From Nostoc sp. (GTDB lineage: Bacteria; Cyanobacteriota; Cyanobacteriia; Cyanobacteriales; Nostocaceae), in NCBI GenBank assembly GCA_036918135.1, contig JBALDB010000015.1, forward strand, positions 212,806 through 276,805: 64,000 nucleotides of DNA, in the 5' to 3' direction. The notes under the pieces are model-generated. The model saw nothing but the letters and a program-made list of their open reading frames with translations. It had not been told where the DNA came from and searched no databases. Of the stretch, positions 9,835 to 19,334 are shown one piece after another (position 1 is the stretch's first letter; each line of letters begins with the position of its first letter). The translations under genes and the position numbers were made by a program.

Positions 9835-11364
9835 TTAACGTAGACAACGAATTGCTTCTAATAAACCTCTAGCTTTATTGAGCGTCTCTTCATATTCTTT
9901 TTCAGGTTCAGAATCAGCCACCAAACCTGCACCAGCTTGTACGCTGACCGTGTTATTATGCACTACCATTGTGCGAATTGCTATAGCACTATTTAATTGT
10001 CCTTCAAAATCATAGTATCCGTAAACACCGGAATAAACACCCCGACGACTAGGCTCTAACTCATGGATAATTTCCATTGCCCTAATCTTGGGTGCGCCGC
10101 TGACTGTACCTGCTGGAAAACAGGCTTTGAGCAAATCCCATGCTGTTTTATCAAGTGCTAATTTACCCACAACATTGCTGACAATGTGCATGACGTGGGA
10201 GTAGCGTTCAACTACCATTAATTCATCAACTTTGACGCTACCACTTTGGCAAACACGCCCTAAATCGTTTCGTCCTAAATCAACAAGCATCACATGTTCG
10301 GCAATTTCCTTAGGATCTTGGAGTAAATCCTCAGCAAGAGCTGTATCTTCTTGGGTAGTTTTACCCCGTGGACGCGTCCCTGCGATTGGACGTAAAGTTG
10401 CGATCGCGCCACCATTTGGATCGGTTTCGGCTTTCACCATCACTTCTGGACTCGAACCGATGATTTGCCAATCTTGGAAGTGAAAATAAGCCATGTAAGG
10501 CGAAGGATTTATCTGACGTAGAGAACGGTAAAGAGCAAAGGGGTCAGCTGTGTATGTTGTTGATAATCGCTGGGAAATAACTACTTGGAATATATCACCA
10601 GCTTTGATATATTCTTTTGCTTTTTGGACGCTGGCACAAAAATCGGGACGAGTAAAGTTACTCTGATACTCCTCTGCTCCCTTGCTCCCCTGCTCCCCTG
10701 CTCCTCTGCTTCCTGGCGGCTTCCATTCCAGCCTAGTTTTTTCGGGTAATAGCGGAAGAGATAGCTTTTCGAGCATTTGGGTAACGCGATCGCCTGCTTG
10801 TTGATATGCTGCTTTGATATCAACTTTCGGATCGCGTAAATCAGCATAGGCGACCGCCCAAATTTTTCGCTTCACCTGGTCAAAAATCAACAGGTGGTCT
10901 ACCTGCATCCACAATCCATCAGGGATATTACGCTCATCTGGTGGATGAATTGGTACACGCGGCTCAATCCAGCGAATTAATTCATAGCCCCAAAAGCCAA
11001 ATAAACCCCCAATTCCTGGCGGCAACTGTGGTAATTTTACTGGGTGATAAGGTGCTAGACATTCGGCTAAAGCTATAAAAGGATCGCCTGCAAAAACTAC
11101 TTGCGAGCCATCGCGGTTGATTTGAGTCGTGCGATCGCCCCTTGCTTCCAAAACCCACACGGGATCGCAACCCACTAAACTATAGCGTCCGAGTTTTTCT
11201 CCACCTTCTATGGATTCCAACAAAAAACTATAGGGTTGACCTGCACAGACTTTATACCAAGCAGATACTGGCGTATCTAAGTCTGCTACCCATTCCTGAT
11301 ATACCGGAACGAAGTTACCTTGTGCAGCTAGCACAGAAAATTCAGAAAAATCGGGGAATACCAT
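9835..11364 (-). CDS. trpE: Anthranilate synthase component I
   Basis: FLLES, GDIFQVV, NPSPYM, PIAGTRPRG, EHVMLVDLGRND, FPAGTVSGAPK, QAGAG motifs. Confidence 0.95.
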   Translation of the reverse strand: MVFPDFSEFSVLAAQGNFVPVYQEWVADLDTPVSAWYKVCAGQPYSFLLESIEGGEKLGRYSLVGCDPVWVLEARGDRTTQINRDGSQVVFAGDPFIALAECLAPYHPVKLPQLPPGIGGLFGFWGYELIRWIEPRVPIHPPDERNIPDGLWMQVDHLLIFDQVKRKIWAVAYADLRDPKVDIKAAYQQAGDRVTQMLEKLSLPLLPEKTRLEWKPPGSRGAGEQGSKGAEEYQSNFTRPDFCASVQKAKEYIKAGDIFQVVISQRLSTTYTADPFALYRSLRQINPSPYMAYFHFQDWQIIGSSPEVMVKAETDPNGGAIATLRPIAGTRPRGKTTQEDTALAEDLLQDPKEIAEHVMLVDLGRNDLGRVCQSGSVKVDELMVVERYSHVMHIVSNVVGKLALDKTAWDLLKACFPAGTVSGAPKIRAMEIIHELEPSRRGVYSGVYGYYDFEGQLNSAIAIRTMVVHNNTVSVQAGAGLVADSEPEKEYEETLNKARGLLEAIRCLR

Positions 11365-11371
11365 AAATAGC

Positions 11372-11530
11372 TAGGGGTTGAAGATTGGGGGCTAGGGATT
11401 GGGGACTGGGTAAGGAAAAGAGGCAGAGGGGAAGGGGGCAGGGTACAAGGGAGAAGCTCCTCCCCTCTGCTTCCTGCTCTCTGCTTCCTGCTTCTTCATA
11501 ATCTCTAGTCCCCAATACCCAGTAATTAGT
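11372..11530. repeat. STRR-type short tandem repeat region between psaD and trpE
   Basis: Runs of ggggatt/ggggact and cttcctg/ctctg units with complementary halves. Confidence 0.6.
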
Positions 11531-11532
11531 CC

Positions 11533-11952
11533 CTATGCATCGTAGGTAGTTTTACCACTGAACTTGAGTTGTGCTGGACTGGGGTTTTGCCCGATACTGC
11601 GTGGCACGAAACGCACTTTCTCACGACCTTCATTTACCTTTTCAGGGAAGACACCATCAGCTGGGTGAATATAAATAGTTTCTCCGTTGGGATAAATCCG
11701 GTAAACTTTGTAGTCTGCAATCTTGAATTTCCGGAGTTGACCGCCGAAAGCGATGCATTGTTCTTTACGGGCGAAGTACAAGAGGTTTTCGCCTTTAAGC
11801 ATAGTGGCGGCACCACCTGTAGGCAATTCAAATACTTGCTCTTTCGGGCTAGTCCAAGTGATAGCGTACTTTTCTTCGACTTCTGCTTTAGAAAGCAAGC
11901 CACCAGTGTTGCCACCATATCGGGGGGTTTGTCCAGAGAGTGTTTCTGCCAT
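11533..11952 (-). CDS. psaD: Photosystem I reaction centre subunit II
   Basis: [34 protein letters not shown]; start taken at MAETLSG (11952). Confidence 0.97.
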   Translation of the reverse strand: MAETLSGQTPRYGGNTGGLLSKAEVEEKYAITWTSPKEQVFELPTGGAATMLKGENLLYFARKEQCIAFGGQLRKFKIADYKVYRIYPNGETIYIHPADGVFPEKVNEGREKVRFVPRSIGQNPSPAQLKFSGKTTYDA

Positions 11953-12102
11953 AAGTGTTCTCTCAACGTTTTTAGGGCATCCTAACACCGTAACTAGGAT
12001 CATATTGCGATCGCGTTATAGACTGTAACAGTTTTTAGTCATTTATCATTTGTCATTTATTAACCAGTCAATAGTGAACATTCAACAATCATCTCCCTAT
12101 CC

Positions 12103-14112
12103 CTATTTAGTCTTGACTTTCGTCCGCTTTTCCTCCTGGGTACTCTGAACAATTGGGATGGTGAAGTGAAACTGGCTACCCTGGTCTTTGCCGGCTGACT
12201 TAGCCCAAATTTGCCCACCCCAGCCATTGACAATTTGACGACAAATTGCTAGTCCAAGTCCAGTACCGCTAGTGGTGCGTCGCAGCGCTCCTTCTTCTTG
12301 ATAGAAGCGGTCAAAGACGACTTCTAAGCGATTTGGTTCTATGCCGCGTCCTGTGTCAGCCACCGTGACCTCGACCATTTGATGGCTGTTGCAAATCGCT
12401 TTAATAATGATTTCTCCTTGAGATGGCGTAAATTTACAAGCGTTGTCTATGAGTTTTGCTAGTACTTCTACCAGCCAATCACCATCAGCTCTAACTAAAG
12501 GTAGGTCTTGGGGAATTTCAGTCTCGATTTGCGGTGGCTTTTCTGTTGAGGAACGGGTACGAATGCGGCTGAGTGCTAAATCTACACACTCTTGTAAAGT
12601 CAGGGATTCTGGATGCCATTCCACACGACCGCTTTCCAAATTGGAAAGTGTGAGGAAATCTTGCACCAGTTTCCGCATCCGTTCTGAGTCAGCAAGAGCA
12701 GTGTTGAGCATCACCTGTTGCAATTCCAAGGGCATATCTGGCTCGCTAGCCAGACTTTCTAAGCACACTTGAATGGTGGACAGGGGGGTACGGAGTTCGT
12801 GTCCAGTGATGGCTATTAGGTTGCTGCGGGTGCGGTCTAAGGCTTCTAGTTGCTGATTGAGTTCTTCTAGGTTGGCATAAGCTTCGGCTTGGATGAGAGC
12901 TGCTCCCACTTGGGTGGCGATCGCTTTGACTAAATCCAATTCTCCAGGTTGGCACTCGTGCGGTGGCATTCGACAGTAGTGTAACTCGACAATGCCCAGT
13001 AATCGCCCTTGATAAAATACTGGTTCCATCAACCAAGAACGAATGGCAAATTTTTTAGCAATCAACGAAAGTCCAGCAGAATTAGTAACGCGAGGGTCAG
13101 TTTGTGTATCGCTAACACAAATGCCTTCGCCTTGTTGCACGAGCTCCCGAAATAGAGAATTTTTTTCTAACTCCCAGGTTTGTCCACGAATAGATAAAAC
13201 ACCAGCAGTTAAAGATTCATGTTCAATGGTCGCTTGGCTATCTGTGGCTTGGGCGCGGTAAATTAGACACCTACATGCATTTAGGTGTTGTCCTAATTCT
13301 TGTGCTGCTACTTGGAGAACTTCGTGAGGATCGAGCGATCGCCGAATGGCAGTACTAATGGTATTGACTAATCTTTCTTTGCGTGCTTGGGCAGTAATTG
13401 AACGGTAGGCTTTATGTAATTTATACTGACTAGCTTGCAAGTAAGTCACTAAGCGCTGTACAAACGGATCTGTGTCAATGTCACAAGCATATTCGTTGAT
13501 TGTATCGGTTCCAAAGTAGGTTCTCGTTTGCCCAATGCCAAACCTCTGACGTGCTTGCTCAATTTTGCTTGTCAGTTCTGGTCTGTAAACCAAAATCCTC
13601 TTTAACAGCAATTCGGCGGCTTTGAGGCTAACTCCCCTTTCTGATGTCCAAATTCCCTCAAATCTTCGCGCTGTATCCATATCTAGACTGGGGCTTTGCT
13701 CTGGTTGTTGCTTGTTTTTGGCAATAGAACCAAGGTTTTCCCGGCAAACTAAACAAGTCGCATAACTGTCAGCAATTACAACCAAATGCCACTCTTGACT
13801 TAAGCCATCTTCTGGTTCAAAAGCTACCTTTTCGTAGTGTCCGGAACTGTTAGCGAAATCAGTTTCCGGAGCCGACAACACGTATATTTGATTACTTCGC
13901 AAGGCAAGTCGCTGGTAGCGATGAGCTTCTTGGCGATAGAATCGCTCTCGCTGAAAACTGGCAATTACAAGGGGTTGAGCTAAAGTCGCAGCCAAAACTT
14001 GATCTTCCATCGCGTGGGAGAGCGCTGTTAGTGAAGCCTTAAAATATAGCTGGGGCCGCAAGTAGGGTAGGGACTTTAGCAGATCACTCAGCACAGAAGT
14101 CGAAATGCTCAT
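12103..14112 (-). CDS. DICT-GAF sensor histidine kinase (paralog of 6060-8045)
   Basis: Same architecture; GHELRTPL, LIDNACKF, GTGLGL. Confidence 0.9.
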   Translation of the reverse strand: MSISTSVLSDLLKSLPYLRPQLYFKASLTALSHAMEDQVLAATLAQPLVIASFQRERFYRQEAHRYQRLALRSNQIYVLSAPETDFANSSGHYEKVAFEPEDGLSQEWHLVVIADSYATCLVCRENLGSIAKNKQQPEQSPSLDMDTARRFEGIWTSERGVSLKAAELLLKRILVYRPELTSKIEQARQRFGIGQTRTYFGTDTINEYACDIDTDPFVQRLVTYLQASQYKLHKAYRSITAQARKERLVNTISTAIRRSLDPHEVLQVAAQELGQHLNACRCLIYRAQATDSQATIEHESLTAGVLSIRGQTWELEKNSLFRELVQQGEGICVSDTQTDPRVTNSAGLSLIAKKFAIRSWLMEPVFYQGRLLGIVELHYCRMPPHECQPGELDLVKAIATQVGAALIQAEAYANLEELNQQLEALDRTRSNLIAITGHELRTPLSTIQVCLESLASEPDMPLELQQVMLNTALADSERMRKLVQDFLTLSNLESGRVEWHPESLTLQECVDLALSRIRTRSSTEKPPQIETEIPQDLPLVRADGDWLVEVLAKLIDNACKFTPSQGEIIIKAICNSHQMVEVTVADTGRGIEPNRLEVVFDRFYQEEGALRRTTSGTGLGLAICRQIVNGWGGQIWAKSAGKDQGSQFHFTIPIVQSTQEEKRTKVKTK

Positions 14113-14789
14113 GAATTATCGTTAAACGCTCAATCTCAACAAGATCCACGTCACAGCTGCATTGTACAAATTCCAACGGACTCTCAAGTTAAATAGATAG
14201 TTTCAATATGTAAACAACGTTAAATAAGCACTTTTTGCTTGAGTAAACGCAACACTTTGTTACCAATTAGCAAAAGTGGGTGCAGCTTTATTTACAAAAT
14301 GTAACTAGCCGCAGAGCGCTCTATTACTGGGGACTGGCTTTCTAGAACATACTTCTGATTCTTAATCCCCAATCCCTAATCGTGATGTTTTCAATAATAG
14401 ACCACTAAGCTCAATATATATTCTCGACCAGCTTTACCATCGCTTGATGGCAGTTAAAGCCTTGAGAAGAGTTGCTAGGGTGCGATGCCCCAAAGTTCCT
14501 CGCGTAGGTGATTGGTACAATCATACTGTTAATCAAAGTATACAGTTGAATAGGTGGAGCGATCGCTACCAAAGCAACAAAACTGACAATTGACAACTGT
14601 TAATAATGCCTCAGAACGGACTTTTAAAATCAGAGGTAGCTATGCTGGAATACTTTAGTGAAGTATGGCTAAACTTAAGATTCTCCAGGAAAAGTAACTT
14701 TTCTCTTTTAGGATATATTGCACCTAATCGATAACAGCTAGAAATAATACGATCGCAAACAGATAGACCTATAGACGGAACTTTGGCTA

Positions 14790-17078
14790 ATGACATCAGA
14801 TGCGCTCATGACCACAGAAAAAATTTTAGTGGATGGAAAAACTTTTATTGCTGCTGAACAATTACCTATTCCGGAGTGGCCTTGTGTTGTGAGTGAAAGA
14901 CCACAGCCAACACTCACGGTTAAAGATGATGATTTATTTTTCGTCACAGATACCATAGGCAACATTTCTGGCTGTTTCCTCAATGATGGGAACCCCAGCA
15001 TGGGACTGTATTGCTGTGATACGCGATTTCTCAATCGCTTGGAGTTGCAAATTGAAGGGCGATCGCCTGTACTTTTAAGTAGTACTGCCCAAAAAGGCTT
15101 TTCAGTTTCAGTTTTGTGTACCAATCCGAAAATCGACGAACGCTTGAGAGCCGAAACTGTAGGAATTCGTCGGGAAATGGTACTCAATGGCGCGCTATTT
15201 GAAGAAATAGAGGTTTCTAACTACAGCACAACCACCGTCAGTTTTGAACTCAGCATCAGCTTTGATGCCGATTTTGTTGATTTATTTGAAGTTCGAGGTT
15301 ATGACAGAGAAAAACGGGGTAGGCTATTACGCCTAGTGGAACCAACAGCCGAAGAAGGAACATTTTCTCTTGGGAATGGGGTTTCGCCTGTAGCCAAACC
15401 AGACGCCTTTAGGGAAGAATCTTTAACACTCGCTTATCAAGGTGTAGATGGCTCGGTAATGGAATCGCGCCTTCTATTCCAACATCGGCAACCAGACTAT
15501 TTCAAGGGTTATACTGCGGTCTGGCAACTAGACTTGGCTTCTCACGAAACCCAAAAGCTCGGCTACCGAGTGAACATGTTGACCAACAGCAAGTCTACTT
15601 CAACTGTCAGCGCTCCCGCTACCTTAGGACAGGCGAAAGATGCTGAGTGGATGGAAGAACAACGTTGGGTACAACAAATTACACGGATTAGCTCAGATAA
15701 GAGTATCTTCAATCGAGTGATTGAGCGAGCTGAGCAAGATATGTATTTGTTGCGTCAGTCCTTTGGTAAGCATAAAACTGTTTCCGCCGGAGTGCCGTGG
15801 TTTTCTACATTGTTTGGGCGAGATTCGCTGATTACAGCTTCCCAAACTTTGATGTTAAACTCGCAAATTGCTAAAGAAACCCTGATACTACTTGCGACAT
15901 ACCAAGGTCAAATTGACGATGAATGGCGCGAAGAAGAACCGGGTAAGATTTTACACGAGTTACGTTTAGGGGAAATGGCTCGCTGTCAAGAAATTCCCCA
16001 TACACCCTACTACGGTACAGTTGACGCTACTCCTTTATGGTTGATGCTGTATGCTGAATATTATGCTTGGACTCACGACCAAGAACTTCTAGAGCAACTT
16101 TGGCCCAATGCTCTAGCAGCAATGGAGTGGATCGATCGCAATACCAAACAAACCAGCTACCTCAGCTACTACCGTAGATCTAAACGCGGTCTTGTTAATC
16201 AAGGTTGGAAAGATTCTGGTGATTGTATTGTTGACTACAAGGGAGAATTAGCCAACGGCCCAATTGCCTTGTGTGAAGTCCAAGCTTACGTCTATGCTGC
16301 AAAAATGCGCTTAGCAGAAATAGCTAGAATGAAGAAGCGGCTTGATTTGGCAGACCGTTGGCAAGAAGAGGCGAGAAATCTCAAGGCGCGTTTTAATCAA
16401 GATTTTTGGATGGAAGACCAGGATTTCTGCGCTTTGGCTTTGGATGGAGATGGTAAGCGAGTAGATAGTATTACCTCAAATCCCGGTCATTGTCTGCATT
16501 TGGGCATTTTTACACACGAAAAAGCCTACAGTGTAGCAGAACGGTTACGGGCACCAGATATGTTTAACGGTTGGGGCATTCGTACCCTGAGTAGCTTGTC
16601 ACCCGCTTATAATCCAATGGGCTATCACATAGGTTCAGTTTGGCCTCATGATAACGCTTTGATTGCAATGGGATTGCGATCGCTTGGTCTTATTGACCAA
16701 GCCCTGGAAATTTTCCAAGGTTTATTCGACATGACTAGTCAGCAGTCCTACCAACGTCCTCCAGAACTTTTCTGTGGATACGAACGTAACGGTGATAATG
16801 CCCCCGTGCAGTATCCAGTCGCCTGCACTCCCCAAGCTTGGGCTACTGGGAGCATCTTCCAATTACTGCAAATGATGGTCAACTTGGTGCCTGATGCCCA
16901 AAATAACTGTTTGCGAATAATTGACCCAGCTTTACCAGAATCGATTAATCGCCTGTCCTTGCATAATTTACAAGTTGGTACTACAGTCCTCGATTTAGAA
17001 TTCGAGCGTTCTGGTAGTACGACTGCTTGTCGCGTTGCCAAAAAACGCGGTAACCTGCGGGTGGTTATCGAAGCATAG
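14790..17078 (+). CDS. Amylo-alpha-1,6-glucosidase / glycogen debranching family protein
   Basis: AGVPWFSTLFGRD, EEPGKILHE, YYGTVDATPL, NQGWKDS, YHIGSVWPHDN, PQAW. Confidence 0.9.
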   Translation: MTSDALMTTEKILVDGKTFIAAEQLPIPEWPCVVSERPQPTLTVKDDDLFFVTDTIGNISGCFLNDGNPSMGLYCCDTRFLNRLELQIEGRSPVLLSSTAQKGFSVSVLCTNPKIDERLRAETVGIRREMVLNGALFEEIEVSNYSTTTVSFELSISFDADFVDLFEVRGYDREKRGRLLRLVEPTAEEGTFSLGNGVSPVAKPDAFREESLTLAYQGVDGSVMESRLLFQHRQPDYFKGYTAVWQLDLASHETQKLGYRVNMLTNSKSTSTVSAPATLGQAKDAEWMEEQRWVQQITRISSDKSIFNRVIERAEQDMYLLRQSFGKHKTVSAGVPWFSTLFGRDSLITASQTLMLNSQIAKETLILLATYQGQIDDEWREEEPGKILHELRLGEMARCQEIPHTPYYGTVDATPLWLMLYAEYYAWTHDQELLEQLWPNALAAMEWIDRNTKQTSYLSYYRRSKRGLVNQGWKDSGDCIVDYKGELANGPIALCEVQAYVYAAKMRLAEIARMKKRLDLADRWQEEARNLKARFNQDFWMEDQDFCALALDGDGKRVDSITSNPGHCLHLGIFTHEKAYSVAERLRAPDMFNGWGIRTLSSLSPAYNPMGYHIGSVWPHDNALIAMGLRSLGLIDQALEIFQGLFDMTSQQSYQRPPELFCGYERNGDNAPVQYPVACTPQAWATGSIFQLLQMMVNLVPDAQNNCLRIIDPALPESINRLSLHNLQVGTTVLDLEFERSGSTTACRVAKKRGNLRVVIEA

Positions 17079-17244
17079 CAAGGGAGTAGGGAGTGGTGAA
17101 TTTCTACTCCATAGTCACCACTTCCTTTTTCAACTTCTTAACAAAATTCAACTAAATTTAGAACAACCCAAGACAGTATTATGCCGTTTAGTTTACAGGT
17201 GAATCTTACCTTGTTGAAATGCTGAGTGTAACCAGAGCATTGAA

Positions 17245-17529
17245 CTACCGCTTAGTAGCTTCGCTGAGTGCTTCACGAATGATGTCATCACTCACACCAC
17301 GCCGTTTTAGGCTGGCAATCAATGTAGAAACAGTATCACCCTCAAGTCGCTCAAGATCGGCTCTCAGTCCTTGTCCAATGTAAGCACGAATTAATGGCTG
17401 ATAACCGGAAAACCCTAATAATGGCGCTACTCGCTTCAAATCCTCAACCACATCTTCGGGAATGCGAATTGTGATTGTCGTCATTGGACGATTTTTATCA
17501 AGTCGCTTTTTTAAGACTTCAGCTTTCAT
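17245..17529 (-). CDS. Antitoxin partner of BrnT (RHH/CopG-like)
   Basis: TITIRIPEDVVEDLK..GYQPLIR RHH-like signature; overlaps the toxin 3' end; start may be 17529 or 17538. Confidence 0.75.
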   Translation of the reverse strand: MKAEVLKKRLDKNRPMTTITIRIPEDVVEDLKRVAPLLGFSGYQPLIRAYIGQGLRADLERLEGDTVSTLIASLKRRGVSDDIIREALSEATKR

Positions 17530-17815
17530 AGTATTCACGTTCCTTGCGCGTCGCTTTCCGAGCCGAGACGATCCGAATCATGTCGTTTTCACGTTCAATG
17601 TAGACAACGTACAGAAGATTCCATCGTCTATCCAAGCCAATCACAGCATCCCGTTCCTCATCGTTACGGCTAGCATCAACCATAACTAGAAACGGATCGA
17701 AGAAAGCTTCTGTGGCTTGCTGTAACGTTATACCATCATGGTTGCTGGGATTAATGCGGGCTTTGTCTTCGTTCCAAACAAAGGTTACACCACTCAGCAC
17801 GAAATACACATCCAT
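17519..17815 (-). CDS. BrnT family (DUF497) toxin
   Basis: FVWNEDKA..N..H.I....A...F.D, EER...IG, IRIVSARKATRKE. Confidence 0.9.
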   Translation of the reverse strand: MDVYFVLSGVTFVWNEDKARINPSNHDGITLQQATEAFFDPFLVMVDASRNDEERDAVIGLDRRWNLLYVVYIERENDMIRIVSARKATRKEREYYES

Positions 17816-17822
17816 GCTTGAT

Positions 17823-17856
17823 AGTCTAAGGAAGATGTATTTACGTTGTCAATACA
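17823..17856 (-). promoter_or_regulatory. Sigma70 promoter of the TA operon with an overlapping inverted repeat
   Basis: Minus strand TTGACA (17852-17847), 18-nt spacer, TAGACT (17828-17823); TGTATT-N9-AATACA at 17836-17856. Confidence 0.65.
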
Positions 17857-18077
17857 CTTTGTTGTAAAAACTTACAATTACAATTCAAGGCTGAATCTTA
17901 ATGAGTGCCAAAACCTTGCAATGCTCATCTGTTTTTTGTCTTCCTCAATCCGATAAATAATGCTATCAGAAGTATGGGGAAGCGATCGCCAATAAAAAAA
18001 CCTTGGTGGGTACTTTGCGCTATCGCACTCCACCAAGGTTTGTCCTAATCTTTAACTTTTAATTCCTAACTTTATTT

Positions 18078-18407
18078 TTATGCTTCTTCGGAATTTTCAC
18101 TCTTATGCCCTGGAGATGCTTCATAGAGTGCATCCAAATGCTGACGAGCATCTTCAACATTAATCGAACGCATTACCAATAATGGCTCTTTAATTAAGTT
18201 GCCCGCGTTATCTAATAATTCTGGATGGGGTATAAACTGTTTTCTTGATGCGTAATAACCAAAGCTACCTTGATTACCCATTGCTGAGGAATTCGTTGGG
18301 TAAGTTCGCTCCCGATCGAAACTAAACATAATCAGGTTACGAATTAAGTTACCAACAGCTATAAATGCAAGGACTGTAAAAGCAAAGATGTAAAGCAGGT
18401 GTAACAT
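18078..18407 (-). CDS. DUF2973-like cyanobacterial protein
   Basis: MLHLLY start with GGAGG SD at 18416-18420; N-terminal TM; HPELLD..G...EPLLVMR motif. Confidence 0.8.
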   Translation of the reverse strand: MLHLLYIFAFTVLAFIAVGNLIRNLIMFSFDRERTYPTNSSAMGNQGSFGYYASRKQFIPHPELLDNAGNLIKEPLLVMRSINVEDARQHLDALYEASPGHKSENSEEA

Positions 18408-18571
18408 TAGATTTTCCTCCAGGGCAGCAATTTTTAAAAGTTTATTTTGTAACGTTTGGTTAGCCGACATGTGACTCGCCATTCGACTCACAGTTAGGAC
18501 AAACATTGTAAAGCACTTTTTATGCGCTTATATTGATATGGAGCAATGTGTCAACCGTCATTCCACTTACG

Positions 18572-18585
18572 GTAACATAGGATAC
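18572..18585. promoter_or_regulatory. Possible NtcA box
   Basis: GTAACATAGGATAC = GTA-N8-TAC; no correctly spaced -10 found. Confidence 0.35.
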
Positions 18586-18706
18586 ATAATTTTGTTAATG
18601 AAAACTGTCTTAAGAGAATGTTAAGAATTTTGTACTATTTATTTAACAACTGAATGCGTTGTTTTGCAATTAGCTAGGCAGTCTGTAAAAATTTGGCTGA
18701 TGCTGT

Positions 18707-19024
18707 TTAAATTTCCGGCGCTTGACGAAAGCGCATTGCCACATTCCAGCATTCTGTAACTAATTGATGCCAAGGCATCAAAGTTGCCATATCAATTCCG
18801 ACTTGTCCATCAGTAGCGTTAAAGAGCATTTTTGCAGTATTTAGTTCTTCTTGGGCTTGCTTAACCCGCGACAGCAAGTCAGATTGCTCTTGGTTACTCA
18901 TAAATGAGAGTTGCTTGGTTTCGAGTAAGTCGCGCGATCGCGTAAACCAAAACTGAAAATCGTCCAGTAGCGGTTCTAAAACCGTTTTCAGCAACTGAGT
19001 CCCTGATAAATCTGAGTCTGGCAT
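18707..19024 (-). CDS. DUF2605-like cyanobacterial protein
   Basis: LLKTVLEPLLDDFQFWF...PWHQLVTECW. Confidence 0.8.
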   Translation of the reverse strand: MPDSDLSGTQLLKTVLEPLLDDFQFWFTRSRDLLETKQLSFMSNQEQSDLLSRVKQAQEELNTAKMLFNATDGQVGIDMATLMPWHQLVTECWNVAMRFRQAPEI

Positions 19025-19105
19025 AAATTAGAGGAATATTTCCAACTTTCTTACTAATATTAACGTTATTTACGATTCTTAACAATTGTCTTATTTCTCT
19101 AACAC

Positions 19106-19148
19106 ACAATAGATTGAAAATTTGCACTTTTTTGTAACAAAAGTTACA
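19106..19148 (-). promoter_or_regulatory. Class II NtcA-activated promoter facing DUF2605
   Basis: TGTAACAAAAGTTACA (19133-19148); on the minus strand N22 then TATTGT (19111-19106). Confidence 0.7.
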
Positions 19149-19334
19149 TTTATAATTATATGGTTTTGCTAAGGCGCTTGTACACTTCCTTTAGAAAGGT
19201 GTCTGTAGATATAGAGATATAGATGGGGAGTAGGGGAGGTAGGAGGTAGAAATAAACAATGCCTAATGCCAATGCCGTTATATTTGAATAAGCCTACAAA
19301 TTCACATCAATCGTCTTTTGTAATCACTTCGTCA

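Noticed and set aside
11569..12028. Several ORFs overlapping psaD
   Set aside because: Alternative-frame or antisense shadows of a conserved gene
14738..15187. 149-aa minus-strand ORF
   Set aside because: Antisense to the debranching enzyme; no recognisable motif
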